Assembly: GCA_965249135.1 (NCBI GenBank)
Contig: OZ252220.1
Coordinates: 1 to 64,000, forward strand
Length of the DNA: 64,000 nt
Source of the DNA: Alphaproteobacteria bacterium
Lineage (GTDB): Bacteria; Pseudomonadota; Alphaproteobacteria; GCA-2746255
Direction: 5' to 3'
Shown here piece after piece: positions 27,295-37,689 of this stretch. A program made the position numbers and the translations under genes. Position 1 is the stretch's first letter, and the number at the start of each line of letters is the position of its first letter. The notes under the pieces were generated by a model. It worked only from the letters and a program-made list of their open reading frames with translations. It was not told the DNA's origin and searched no databases.

Positions 27295-27588
27295 ATGGCA
27301 GTCGTTGTACTTGTCTCCATTCCGTTCGATGAAGCAAAGGCCGACGAATACAAGGCCGCGCTCAAATCCATGTTGCCCGACACCCGCGCCCGCCAGGGCG
27401 CCATCAAGGTCCATCTGATCGAGGATAAGGATCAGCCGGCCGATGTGGTGGTCTATGAAGAGTGGGAATCCCGAAAGGACCACGAGGACTATATCGCCTG
27501 GCGGACCGAGCGCGGCGACATGGATGCACTGGCCGGCATGCTTCGCGCCGAGCCTTCGATCAAATATTACGACGTGATCGACAGTTAA
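27295..27588 (+). CDS. Antibiotic biosynthesis monooxygenase (ABM) family protein
   Basis: 97 aa; LPDTRA..G, YEEWES..DHEDY.AWR; strong RBS. Confidence 0.8.
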   Translation: MAVVVLVSIPFDEAKADEYKAALKSMLPDTRARQGAIKVHLIEDKDQPADVVVYEEWESRKDHEDYIAWRTERGDMDALAGMLRAEPSIKYYDVIDS

Positions 27589-27634
27589 ACGTCGTTTCGA
27601 TCCGGAAGGCTTGGGTTTAGGGAGGAGGAGCCCG

Positions 27635-29662
27635 ATGAACGACACTGTACGCGGCGCCCGTTGCGCCGCCCTCGTGGGGCCGTTTTCGAGTGGCAAGACG
27701 ACCCTGATGGAGGCGTTGCTGTTTGCGGCGGGCGCGATTCACCGCAAGGGGAAGGTGACGGAAGGAAACACCGTCGGCGACGACAACCAAGAAGCGCGCG
27801 CCCGACAGATGAGCACAGAAATCTCCACCGCTACATGCGAATATCTCGGTGACAAATGGACGCTTCTCGATTGCCCCGGTTCCGTCGAATTTGCCCAGGA
27901 TACCTATAACGCCCTCATGGTTGCCGATGTTGCGATCACGGTCTGCGAGCCCGACGTGGATAAGGCCCTCGCCCTTGGCCCCCTCTTCCAGTTTCTCGAA
28001 ACCCACAACATTCCGCAAATTCTCTTCATCAACAAGATGGACGGCACCGCGGCCCGGTTGGATGAGGTCATTGCGACGCTGAAGGAAATGTCGTCGCGCC
28101 CCCTCGTGCCGCGCCAAATCCTGATTCCGAATGGCGAGGCGCCATCCGGCTATGTGGACCTGATCAGCGAGCGGGCCTTTACCTATAAGCCGGGCGAGGC
28201 TTCCGCCACGGCCGATATCCCGGACGCGCTGAAGGTGGACGAACAAGTGGCCCGTCAGGATCTTTTGGAGTCCCTGGCCGATTTCGACGACCAGCTCCTG
28301 GAACAGCTTCTGGAAGACGTCGTGCCGGAGACCGGCGCCGTTTATGGCACGTTTACCGAAAGCTTCGGCCAGGGCCAGGTCGTGTCGGTCCTCATGGGAA
28401 GCGGCGAGGCGCAAAACGGCATCGTGCGCCTGTGGAAGACGCTCCGTCATGACACACCGGGGCCGGAAACCACGGCAAAACGGCTCAGGCTGGATACGAA
28501 AGAGGCACCGACGCTCAAAGCCTTCAAGTCCTTTCACGCCGCCCATGCCGGCAAGCTTACCCTGGCGCGTATCTGGGCTGGCGAGGTGGGCGAGGGCGAT
28601 AACCTGGGCGGCATGAGGGTAGGCGGGCTCGCCCATGTCATGGGCGCGAAGCAGGAGAAAACGCCGAGCGCCGGCTTGGGCGAGATTGTCGCACTTGGCC
28701 GCATGGACGAGGTGCAGACCGGTGAAACGCTCACGAAGTCAAAGCATGAAAAAATCGCCGCCGATTGGCCTGCGCTCGAACCCGTCTATTCGCTGGCACT
28801 TGTGACGGAAAAGCGCGAGGACGAGGTGCGGCTCATGGAAGCCCTTCACAAGCTGATCGAAGAAGACCCTTCCTACCGGCTGGAACAGAATGCGGAAACC
28901 CATCAACTGGTGCTCTGGGGACAAGGCGAAATGCATTTAAGGGTCGCGACCGAGCGGCTTCAAAACCGCTACAACATTTCCGTAAAAACCCAACCGCCCC
29001 GGGTGGCCTATCGGGAAACAACTCGCAAACCTGTCAAGCAGCACGGGCGGCATAAGAAACAGTCGGGTGGTCATGGTCAGTTTGGCGATGTGCATCTTGA
29101 AATCACACCGAAGCCGAGGGGTTCCGGATTCGAGTTCATGGATAAAATCGTCGGTGGTGCGGTACCGAAGCAGTTCATCCGATCCGTCGAGGCGGGTGTG
29201 AAGGAATACCTGCATAAGGGGCCGCTTGGTTTCCCCGTTGTCGATCTTTCCGTCTGCCTCTTCGACGGCCAGTACCATGCCGTCGACAGTTCGGACCAGG
29301 CGTTTCGGGCGGCAGCCCAGCTCGCCATGCGGGAAGGGATGCCGCAGGGTGGACCCGTCCTGCTGGAACCGATCTGCAAGGTCGCCATCAACGTGCCCAC
29401 GGAACACACGAGCAAGGCGACGAAGCTCGTCACCGGGCGCCGCGGTCAGATCCTGGGCTTCGACGCGAGCGAAAATAAAAAAGGCTGGGATATTCTTCAG
29501 GCCTATCTGCCACAGGCCGAGATGCATGACCTGATCATCGACCTTCGCTCGCTTTCCCAAGGGGTCGGCAACTACTCCTTCGAGTTTGACCACCTGGCCG
29601 AACTCACCGGCAAGGAGGCGGATAAGGTCGTCGAGCAGCACGCCGCAGGCGAAGGAGGCTGA
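27635..29662 (+). CDS. fusA: Elongation factor G paralogue (EF-G2-like)
   Basis: GKTTL, DCPG, NKMD, GQGEMHL, HKKQSGGHGQFG, LLEPI; not in an rpsL-rpsG-tuf operon. Confidence 0.9.
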   Translation: MNDTVRGARCAALVGPFSSGKTTLMEALLFAAGAIHRKGKVTEGNTVGDDNQEARARQMSTEISTATCEYLGDKWTLLDCPGSVEFAQDTYNALMVADVAITVCEPDVDKALALGPLFQFLETHNIPQILFINKMDGTAARLDEVIATLKEMSSRPLVPRQILIPNGEAPSGYVDLISERAFTYKPGEASATADIPDALKVDEQVARQDLLESLADFDDQLLEQLLEDVVPETGAVYGTFTESFGQGQVVSVLMGSGEAQNGIVRLWKTLRHDTPGPETTAKRLRLDTKEAPTLKAFKSFHAAHAGKLTLARIWAGEVGEGDNLGGMRVGGLAHVMGAKQEKTPSAGLGEIVALGRMDEVQTGETLTKSKHEKIAADWPALEPVYSLALVTEKREDEVRLMEALHKLIEEDPSYRLEQNAETHQLVLWGQGEMHLRVATERLQNRYNISVKTQPPRVAYRETTRKPVKQHGRHKKQSGGHGQFGDVHLEITPKPRGSGFEFMDKIVGGAVPKQFIRSVEAGVKEYLHKGPLGFPVVDLSVCLFDGQYHAVDSSDQAFRAAAQLAMREGMPQGGPVLLEPICKVAINVPTEHTSKATKLVTGRRGQILGFDASENKKGWDILQAYLPQAEMHDLIIDLRSLSQGVGNYSFEFDHLAELTGKEADKVVEQHAAGEGG

Positions 29663-29716
29663 GGCCTTCAAAAGTCCCAGCCTCGCGAGCTCTCGCCTCG
29701 CACCTTCAACCTATCG

Positions 29717-29744
29717 AAAAGCCCCGGTTTTCTGGGGCTTTTTT
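29717..29744. terminator. Bidirectional intrinsic terminator
   Basis: aaaagccccgg-tttt-ctggggctttttt between convergent genes. Confidence 0.8.
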
Positions 29745-29926
29745 CGTGAACGGCGGGGCTTGGAATTAAATGTTCTCTTTTTGTTCTATTTCGGCTAAGA
29801 TTCCCAAATCTCCCCTGCCCGGGCGGTCATCCCCCCCTTTTTTGGTCGCCCGGGCTTTCCTTGTCTTAAGCCCAACGGGGTGCGCCATGGCCGGACGGCC
29901 CAGCCCCGCACGGGTAAGAAAAGCAC

Positions 29927-31165
29927 TTAAGTCTTTTCGAGTCGGGCGAGCCGGGCAAGTGGCGGGGGATGGGAATAGTAGAAGGCGGCGTAAAGGGGAT
30001 CCGGAGTCAGTGTCGAGGCGTTGTCACGGTAAAGTTTGACGAGCGCCCGGGTGAGTGCCACCGCGTCGGACACTTGTGCTGCGAAGGCGTCCGCCGCGAA
30101 TTCGTGCCGTCGCGAGTAGGCGGCAAGAAGCGGGGTGAGCAAGAAGGCAAAAACCGGTCCCGCCATCGCGAAGAGAAGAAGGGCCAAGTGATTCGAAGGC
30201 ACGGTTACGCCGAGGCCGCTATAGAACCAAGGTTGCCCGAGAAGAACACCTAAAAGGGCGAAGCCAAGAAGCGAGGCGCCGGCACCAAGCAGAAAGCCGT
30301 TGCGCACGTGGTGCAGCTTGAAATGCCCCAGCTCATGAGCCAGCACCGCCTCCGCCTCATCCGGGCTCAGCGTCTCCACCAACGTGTCGAACAGCACGAT
30401 CCGCTTGTTGCGACCGATGCCGGTGAAGTAGGCGTTCCCATGGGCGGAACGGCGTGAGCCGTCCATCACGCGAACATCCCGGATCGCAAAGCCAATGCGC
30501 TTCGCTAGGCGTTCGATTCGCCCCTTCAGCGTTTCGTCTGCAAGCGGCGAGAAGCGATTGAAAAGGGGCGCGATCAACCGCGGATAGGCCCAGAGCTGCA
30601 GCAGGGAAAACCCGACCCATGTGAGCCAGCCGAACGTCCACCAATAGGGGCCGGTTGCCACCATTACCCAGAGAATGAGGGCGCTGAGCGTACCGCCAAA
30701 GAGAAAAAGCAAAACGCCGCCTTTCAAAAGGTCGATCATGAAGAGCTGGGGGGTTGTCCGATTGAAACCGAAGCGTGCCTCCAGCCAAAACGTTCCATAG
30801 ATGGAAAACGGAAGATCGAAAACCGCCATCAGAAAACCGACACTTAAGATGACGGCAATACCAAGGGGGATCGGTTCGCTCGTCACGTTTCGCCAAAGGG
30901 CGTCCAGCAGATCCAGGCCGCCGCCCAACGTCCAGCCGAGCAAGAGCAGGCCGTTGAAGATGAGGGCAATCAACTGAAGACGGGTCTTGGCAGCCGTATA
31001 GTCGGCGGCTTTCGCGTGCGCTTCCGTTTCGATTACTTGCCCAAACGCTTCCGGTACCTGGCCCCGATGGGCCCCCATATAGGCGAGGTTCCGAAGGCCA
31101 AGCCAGAATCGTAGGCCCAGCGATGCACCGATTGCCCCCAAAAAGATGAGTGTAAAAATTTCCAT
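29927..31165 (-). CDS. M48 (Ste24/HtpX-like) membrane metalloprotease
   Basis: DGSRRSAHGNAYFTG, AHELGH, EFAAD, YSHP; multiple TM segments. Confidence 0.9.
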   Translation of the reverse strand: MEIFTLIFLGAIGASLGLRFWLGLRNLAYMGAHRGQVPEAFGQVIETEAHAKAADYTAAKTRLQLIALIFNGLLLLGWTLGGGLDLLDALWRNVTSEPIPLGIAVILSVGFLMAVFDLPFSIYGTFWLEARFGFNRTTPQLFMIDLLKGGVLLFLFGGTLSALILWVMVATGPYWWTFGWLTWVGFSLLQLWAYPRLIAPLFNRFSPLADETLKGRIERLAKRIGFAIRDVRVMDGSRRSAHGNAYFTGIGRNKRIVLFDTLVETLSPDEAEAVLAHELGHFKLHHVRNGFLLGAGASLLGFALLGVLLGQPWFYSGLGVTVPSNHLALLLFAMAGPVFAFLLTPLLAAYSRRHEFAADAFAAQVSDAVALTRALVKLYRDNASTLTPDPLYAAFYYSHPPPLARLARLEKT

Positions 31166-31306
31166 TCCCTTGTCCTTGACGCCAATCCTCTACCTATCAT
31201 GTGGGAGGATAAACGGGAAAAATCGCCAGGGGATTGAAGTCGGCCGGGCTTTGATTGTCTAATGGCCAAGGAAGCAACGGGGGCAAGCCGAGGAAAGGAA
31301 AAAATA

Positions 31307-31753
31307 ATGGCCCGCCTGCTGTTTTCACTGATCCTTGTTGCCGGCCTTTTCTTGCCGCCCGCAGCCACCGGCCAGGAACCCTTGGCGGCGGAAGAACCCG
31401 CCATCAACGCGGTGATCCAGGCTCAGCTCGACGCCTTCAAAAACCATGACGCCGATGCCGCCTTCGCCCTTGCCGCGCCTGGCATTAAGGCGAGGTTTCG
31501 AACGGCGGAAGACTTCATTTCCATGGTCGCCACCCAGTATTTGCCGCTCTATAGCCCGAAGCGGACCGAGTTTCTTGGCCTCGTCAAGGAAGGGCCCGCC
31601 GTGATCCAACGGCTGAAGGTACTGGGCCCGGACGATAACGAATATATTGCCTACTACCCCATGGAACGGCAGGCCGATGGCATCTGGAAGATCGGCGGCT
31701 GCTATATCGAGCCTTTCATCGAATCGGAATCGACGCCGGGCACCGACGCTTAA
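31307..31753 (+). CDS. Secreted DUF4864-like protein
   Basis: Signal peptide; VIQAQLDAF..AFALAAPGI..YPMERQADGIWKIGGC. Confidence 0.7.
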   Translation: MARLLFSLILVAGLFLPPAATGQEPLAAEEPAINAVIQAQLDAFKNHDADAAFALAAPGIKARFRTAEDFISMVATQYLPLYSPKRTEFLGLVKEGPAVIQRLKVLGPDDNEYIAYYPMERQADGIWKIGGCYIEPFIESESTPGTDA

Positions 31754-31768
31754 ACAAACCTTGCTCCC

Positions 31769-32542
31769 TTACGCACCGGACTTCGATCCGCCCGAACCGC
31801 CGGGGGCGAGGCCTTTGAAGATCTCCATCGGCAACGGCAGCACGATCGTCGATGTGTGATCACCGGCAATCTCATGCAACGCCTCGAGATAGCGAAGCTG
31901 CATGGCCTGGGGCTGCGTAGACAGGATCTGCGCGGCCTCGACCAGCTTCTGGGCAGCCTGTTGCTCGCCTTCCGCATTGATGATCTTGGCGCGGCGAACA
32001 CGCTCGGCTTCTGCCTGCTTCGCGATGGCGCGCACCATGCTTTCGTCGATGTCCACGTGCTTGATCTCGACATTCGCAACCTTGATGCCCCAACTGTCGG
32101 TTTGAACGTCCAGGATTTCCTGAATATCCCGGTTCAGCTTGTCCCGCTCCGACAGCATCTCATCCAGATCGTGTTTGCCAAGCACCGAGCGCAACGTCGT
32201 TTGGGCAAGCTGGCTGGTTGCGATCATGAAGCTTTCGACCTGGATCACGGCACGTTCCGGATCGACGACTCGAAAATAAAGGACCGCGTTTACCTTCACG
32301 GAAACATTGTCCCGCGAGATCACGTCCTGGGTCGGCACGTCGAGGACGATCGTCCGCGTATCGACGCGTACGGTTTGCTGGATGAACGGGATGACGATGA
32401 TCAGCCCAGGCCCCTTCACGCTGGTAAAACGCCCCAGCGTAAAGATGACGCCGCGCTCGTATTCCCGGTAAATCTTGATCGCCGAAGCGAGAAAGATGAC
32501 AACAAAAAATAGAAGAACTGCGTAGATGATCATGTTCATCAT
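31769..32542 (-). CDS. SPFH/stomatin-like (slipin) protein
   Basis: [47 protein letters not shown]. Confidence 0.92.
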   Translation of the reverse strand: MMNMIIYAVLLFFVVIFLASAIKIYREYERGVIFTLGRFTSVKGPGLIIVIPFIQQTVRVDTRTIVLDVPTQDVISRDNVSVKVNAVLYFRVVDPERAVIQVESFMIATSQLAQTTLRSVLGKHDLDEMLSERDKLNRDIQEILDVQTDSWGIKVANVEIKHVDIDESMVRAIAKQAEAERVRRAKIINAEGEQQAAQKLVEAAQILSTQPQAMQLRYLEALHEIAGDHTSTIVLPLPMEIFKGLAPGGSGGSKSGA

Positions 32543-32558
32543 TTAACTCCTCCCCGGA

Positions 32559-33971
32559 TTACGTCGAGGCAACGATTAAGGTAAGGCCCCGCCTTTCAAT
32601 GACTTTCACGCTATCACCCGGCACGAAGCCGCGATCGGCCTCCGCCTGCCAGCTTTCCCCATGGACGAGGACCCGGCCGGTCCTGCCGGTCCAGTCGATC
32701 ACCTCGCCCTCGATTCCAATCATCTCCTCCTTGCCGGTGACGACCGGGCGGCGATGGGCACGGACCGCCATGGCGAGCACGATGGCCAAAAGGCCGGCGC
32801 TCACCGCCGTCGTGCCGATGATCACCGGCCAGGAAAGACCAAGGCCGGGCACATCCGTGTCGAACAGAAGCGTCGCCCCGATCAGGAAGGATGCCGTGCC
32901 GCCCAGACCCAGAATGCCGAAGGATGGCACGAAGGCTTCGGCGACCATCAGGGCGATGCCAAGGAGAATGAGGGCTACCCCCGCATAGTCAACCGGAAGC
33001 ACGTGCATCGCATAGAGCCCGATGATGAGGCTGATAGCGCCGATCGTGCCCGGATAGATGGATCCGGGATTGATGAATTCGAAGATGATTCCGTACATGC
33101 CGATCAGCATCAGGATAAAGGCGACGTTCGGATTCGTAATCACGGCGAGAAGATTCGTCCGCCAGTCCGGCTCCAGGGTTTCCGTCGCGAGGCCGGCGCT
33201 GGCAAGCGTTCTTTCCCCGCCAGGCACGCTGACCGTCCGCCCATCCGCCTTGGCAAGCAGATCGCTTAAGTCCGTTGCCACGAAGTCGATGACCTTTGCC
33301 GCTTCCGCCTCGCTGGCAGCCAGGCTTACCGCCTCGCGCACCGCCTTTTCCGCCCATTCCACATTGCGGCCACGCAGTTCGGCGAGGCTTCGGATATAGG
33401 CGGCGGCGTCATTCAGGATCTTTGCCTCCATCGCATCCCGGCTTTCCTCCGCGGCTGCGGCGCGCGTCGTCTCCAGGGTGCTTTCCTTAAGTGGGACGAT
33501 GTTGGGCGGCGGCTTCTTCTCTTCTTCCCCTTCTTTTTCCTTCGGGAATGGCAGCGGCTGTCGGCCGCCGCCGATCCTGACCGGCGTCGCCGCGCCCAGA
33601 TTCGTACCCGGCGCCATGGCGGCGATGTGGCTGGCATAAAGAATGTAGGTGCCGGCACTTGCCGCGCGTGCACCGCCCGGGGCGACGAAGGTGGCAACCG
33701 GAACTACCGAGGTGAGGATCGCCTGAATGATCTCCCGCATGCTGGTGTCGAGACCGCCCGGCGTGTCCATCCGAAGGATGACAAGCGATGCGCCACGAAC
33801 CCGCGCGACGTCGAGGCTGCGGGTCACGTAATCGCTGATCGCAGGTCCGATCGGTCCCTTGATATCGAGGAGAAGGGCGATGCCCTGAGGCTCAGGCTTC
33901 GTCTCGGCCGGGAGCTGCGATGGGAGAAGAAGCGCAAGACCAAGGAGGCACCCGTAGAAGGTGAATCGAAA
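32559..33971 (-). pseudogene. nfeD: NfeD membrane serine protease, body of gene separated from its first codons by IS1595
   Basis: DTPGG, AASAG, NLGAA motifs, TM region, C-terminal OB fold; removing the IS restores MHLCGLRWFRFTFYGCLL.. from ATG 36514. Confidence 0.85.
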
Positions 33972-33993
33972 GGGAATTATATACTTGACTCCC

Positions 33994-34560
33994 TTAAGCC
34001 AGAATTGGCTTGCCGTTCTTGATGATGATACCAGGCATTGAGTAGGCCGCGCACCCCTTCAAAATTGTCGCCGGTTTTTTGACCCCGAAGGTATGTGTTC
34101 GACCCCCTTGGCCCTCCTTGGCTTTGCTCCCTTCATATTTCCAATTATCGGAAACAAGGAACGGCACATCTACCCGCCACACAACGACCGAGAAGCCCGG
34201 TTTCATCGTTTGAGTAGGGTCAACGAGATAACGCCAAATTACATACCATCCGGCATGATTGTAGTGCGACTGCAAAGCCCACGGGCGCGTCGTACCCTTG
34301 GATTCCAAAGCGTGTTCCGGCGGCGGATTGAGTTTCCCATTTAGCGAAAGGTCGGGGAACCGCTGGGCGGCTATATCGGGATGTTTGTGCTTCTTATACG
34401 GACTGACGGCATGCAGCCCCTTGGTCCCCATAATACCGACGACCGCACTAAAGACATTCGCCTGCTCGAAATATATGTCGATGAGTTCGGCCGTCTCTTT
34501 CTCGACGTAATCAACGGCTTTCTCGATGTGATTTAGCTTGAGTCCGCTGGGTAATGGCAT
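33994..34560 (-). CDS. Putative type II restriction endonuclease (PD-(D/E)xK)
   Basis: RFPDL..ALESKG motif; overlaps methyltransferase 3' end; stop abuts the IR. Confidence 0.6.
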   Translation of the reverse strand: MPLPSGLKLNHIEKAVDYVEKETAELIDIYFEQANVFSAVVGIMGTKGLHAVSPYKKHKHPDIAAQRFPDLSLNGKLNPPPEHALESKGTTRPWALQSHYNHAGWYVIWRYLVDPTQTMKPGFSVVVWRVDVPFLVSDNWKYEGSKAKEGQGGRTHTFGVKKPATILKGCAAYSMPGIIIKNGKPILA

Positions 34561-35503
34561 CAGGCGGCGTGTATTTTGCGAGTGAAGGGATGGCCTTTTT
34601 GGCCATGGCAAAATATGCCGAATCCTTCTCGATTCCAATGCTGTAATAGCCAACGGCTGTCGCCGCTGCGATGGTAGCCCCCGATCCCATGAACGGGTCT
34701 AGGATCACGCCCTTTCCCAAGGGCAGCATTGCCCGGACAATTTGGCGCATAAAGGCTTGCGGCTTAAGGGAGGGATGCCGCGCTATTTCACGCTCGCCGT
34801 TGCGGGTTGGGGAAGACCGGATCACGTCTCCAAACGGCTCGTCGCTGGAAATGCGCCTTAGTCCGCCCGCGCCCCATTTTCTCAAGTTGTCCTGCACGCG
34901 TCCTTCTATGGGCTTTCTGAACAGTCCCCACGGCTCCCATGCGGAACGCGGCATTACCGATACATCGGAAAATTCGTTATGGGCGTTCTTTGGCCGGTCG
35001 CCGCCACGCAGCGTTTGGACCATGCGAATAATCTCGCCGCGCTTCTCGAAACCGGCTGCCAGCATCGGAGCATAGACAAATTGCGAAAGCAGAGGATGCG
35101 TTGCAATCACAACATGGCCGCCCGGCACCACGATTCGCATGGACCGCTTGGCAAAATTCTCAAAGAACGCACCGAGTGCCTCTTTGTCCGCATCGCCCAA
35201 CACTGTGAATCTTGGAAGCGGGCTGCGCTTGTACCCGTCCAAGGCTGGCGGATGCCGCCATACGCCGCCGCGACCGTTATGCAGTTTTTCCTTTTCCGCC
35301 GCCGAGTATTCCTTGAGCCCGTATGGAGGGTCGGTAACTATCGCATGGACGGATTTGCTTTTGCGTTTCGCCATCCAGGCAAACGCATCATCGTGAAAAA
35401 TCGTGTACCTACCTTGCTGCAAGGCAGTGGCGCGGTTTTTCGTGGGGCTGTAGGAAAGAATCGTGTCCGCGAAAGCATCAAGCTCGGTATGCCGCGATGT
35501 CAT
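34511..35503 (-). CDS. Beta-class N4C/N6A DNA methyltransferase
   Basis: VTDPPY precedes HPSLKP and LDPFMGSG. Confidence 0.92.
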   Translation of the reverse strand: MTSRHTELDAFADTILSYSPTKNRATALQQGRYTIFHDDAFAWMAKRKSKSVHAIVTDPPYGLKEYSAAEKEKLHNGRGGVWRHPPALDGYKRSPLPRFTVLGDADKEALGAFFENFAKRSMRIVVPGGHVVIATHPLLSQFVYAPMLAAGFEKRGEIIRMVQTLRGGDRPKNAHNEFSDVSVMPRSAWEPWGLFRKPIEGRVQDNLRKWGAGGLRRISSDEPFGDVIRSSPTRNGEREIARHPSLKPQAFMRQIVRAMLPLGKGVILDPFMGSGATIAAATAVGYYSIGIEKDSAYFAMAKKAIPSLAKYTPPDAITQRTQAKSHRESR

Positions 35504-36414
35504 GCGGTCAATTCCTTGTATGTGATTCTGGGACCGAAGGACGCAGATACCAACCTCGCGAGTCGTTCCAAAGTGTGATGCTTCACATTGCCGTCGTTAA
35601 GGCGGAATGTAAATTCATCCACATAGCGGTGCAGATGTTTTTCACTGGCGTGATGGTAAACACCGTTCAATCCGCGCTTCATTACCACCCACACGCTTTC
35701 TATGTCGTTGGTGTGAACGTTCCCTCGAACATATTCCCCGGCACTATGGCGGACTGTTTCGTGGTTGTAGAATTGACCAATGCCCCTGTAGCCGCCGTGA
35801 TCGTCAGTATGAAGCGTCGCGCCAACCGCCACGTGCTCATGAATAGTAGATTGAAGCGTGTCCGCATCCGTATCCTTGACCGGCTTGGCCTTGGTTCGCC
35901 CGCCGCGCTCGCGCATTCCAATAACCGGCATTTTCCCGACTGGGCCGCGTCCGGCACGGAGTTTCTTCTTGGAGTGCTTGTTGCGTTCCTTGCCGCCCAC
36001 GTAGGTTTCATCCACAGCCACGATTCCGCTTAGAACCGATGGATCATTGCCACATGCTTCGCGCAAGCGGCCAAGGATAAACCACGCTGTTTTTTGCGTG
36101 ACGCCGATCTCCTTGCCCAGTTGAAGGCTGGAGACGCCCTTGCGGGCCGTCATAAGGAGGCACATCGCCAAAAGCCACTTATCGAGCCCCACATGCGACC
36201 TCTCGAAAATCGTGCCTGTGCGGACTGTAAAATCCTTCTTGCAGGCATTGCAGCGATAGAAGCCCTTCGGTCGGGGCGTGAGGCGCTTTGCTTCTTCACA
36301 GTGAGGGCAGATCACGCCATCCGGCCAGCGGCGCGATTCAAAGTAGGTTTTTGCAGCGTCGGCGTTGGGGTACAATTTGGAAAGCTGATAAAGGCTGATG
36401 GTCGAACGAGACAT
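35500..36414 (-). CDS. IS1595-family transposase
   Basis: CPHC..CNAC zinc finger, HTH, VDETYVGG, HTDD, HTNDIESVW, YVDEFTFR.N. Confidence 0.95.
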   Translation of the reverse strand: MSRSTISLYQLSKLYPNADAAKTYFESRRWPDGVICPHCEEAKRLTPRPKGFYRCNACKKDFTVRTGTIFERSHVGLDKWLLAMCLLMTARKGVSSLQLGKEIGVTQKTAWFILGRLREACGNDPSVLSGIVAVDETYVGGKERNKHSKKKLRAGRGPVGKMPVIGMRERGGRTKAKPVKDTDADTLQSTIHEHVAVGATLHTDDHGGYRGIGQFYNHETVRHSAGEYVRGNVHTNDIESVWVVMKRGLNGVYHHASEKHLHRYVDEFTFRLNDGNVKHHTLERLARLVSASFGPRITYKELTA

Positions 36415-36482
36415 GGAACAACTCCCTAAGTGATAGTAGATAACTACCCTTTTTTTGTGAGGGAGTCAAGTATATAGTTCCC

Positions 36483-36514
36483 AATCGAAACCACCGAAGA
36501 CCACAGAGATGCAT
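36483..36514 (-). pseudogene. nfeD: Detached 5' end of nfeD
   Basis: GGAGG RBS then ATG CAT CTC TGT..TTT CGA; joins the nfeD body in frame across the target duplication. Confidence 0.8.
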
Positions 36515-36899
36515 GCCGGGAGAACCTCCATCCCCATCCTAGCAAATCGCCCCAAGGGCGGCTCGATGACCTCGCGCGCGTTGGGTCCGCGGCCACCGAG
36601 GCCGGTTGGTTCACCGGCGGCCTTCGATCCCTGGGAAGGGCTCGAATCGCCTGATTTTAAAGACTTTTCGGCAGAAGGACATGGCTTTCGAGGCCGCTTG
36701 CGTATGGTAAAGACCCGCCTCGCCGGTTGTTTCAAATCTGATAGAAATTATTGCGGATTTCAGGTAGGTTTTTGAACAGCTTAGGGAATTATCCCCCTCC
36801 TTCCACGGCAACCACGGGTCCTTCCACGGCAACCACGGGAGGGGAGGTTCTTGTGCAGGGATGAATCCAGTTGGGCGGATGCCCAAAAGGGAGAACGTC

Positions 36900-37190
36900 A
36901 TGAAGACAATCCACGTCATGAAGACACTGAACATGAAGACACTGAACAAGGCGCTTTTCGCCTTTCTCCTCGTCGTGCCGTTCGTGCTGGCCGATGCCGC
37001 GCGGGCACAGGCAGTCGATCCGACGCTCGCGACAGGCGTCCCGGGATTGGTAGGTGGTGACATCCCGCAAATGCTAGGTGAAGGCACCATCGTAAAGGTA
37101 CCTTTTGGTCCCAGCTACGTTCAGATGCCGGACGGCAGCACGCTGCCGCTTCCGTATGCCGATGCGTTGGATCGAATAGAGCGGACGTAA
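36900..37190 (+). CDS. Small secreted hypothetical protein
   Basis: GGGAG RBS, three in-frame MKT starts from duplications, signal peptide ending ARA|Q. Confidence 0.6.
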   Translation: MKTIHVMKTLNMKTLNKALFAFLLVVPFVLADAARAQAVDPTLATGVPGLVGGDIPQMLGEGTIVKVPFGPSYVQMPDGSTLPLPYADALDRIERT

Positions 37191-37482
37191 TCGAATAGAG
37201 CGGACGTAGGAGAGACTCGAAACCGTATAGGCCAAGAAAGTAGAAGGTGGTCACTGCCATCGCGGACTGGATGATCATGGCCGTGAGATAAAGCTGGGCC
37301 TTGCCCTCCGTATTCCAGCCGAGATAGGCGAGATAGATGAACAAGCCGGTCAGAAAAACGGCAAGCCCATCCCCAATGGCAAATAGCCCCGCCGCAATAC
37401 GCGGCGAAAACGCCTTACTGCGCGGAAGTGCGAACGCGTTCATCGCTATGTCCGATCGGGAAAGATCGAGATTTTCCGCCAT
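37190..37482 (-). pseudogene. Probable N-terminal fragment of a WcaJ-like polyprenyl glycosylphosphotransferase
   Basis: Two TM helices ending FLGLYGF..LLRP, then runs into a 19-bp duplication and the antisense of the neighbour; no catalytic domain. Confidence 0.4.
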
Positions 37483-37689
37483 GAAGACCTCTGTGTCTGC
37501 CGCCGCTGGAGAAAGCCATTTTTCTTTATCCAACAAGGTCCTAGCTTACAGGAAAAGGCCGTCGCACGGTGGCGAAAAATGGGCCCGGGCCCGTCTTTAC
37601 CTTCACTCCCCCGAGGAGGGTTTGTGCTTCTGCCAATTTTCCACGCTAAGATTAACTATGTTGATGAAAGCTGCAACGAAGAAAAGCTC

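Larger units (their letters stand above)
33972..36482 (-). mobile_element. IS1595-family transporter IS carrying methyltransferase + putative endonuclease
   Basis: 23-bp terminal inverted repeats with one mismatch (33972-33994, 36460-36482); 8-bp target duplication AATCGAAA (33964-33971, 36483-36490). Confidence 0.95.

Noticed and set aside
36783-36845. Hairpin as riboswitch, or gggaattat as a second IS end
   Set aside because: No riboswitch consensus recognised; IR similarity is only about 9-10 nt with no partner or target duplication
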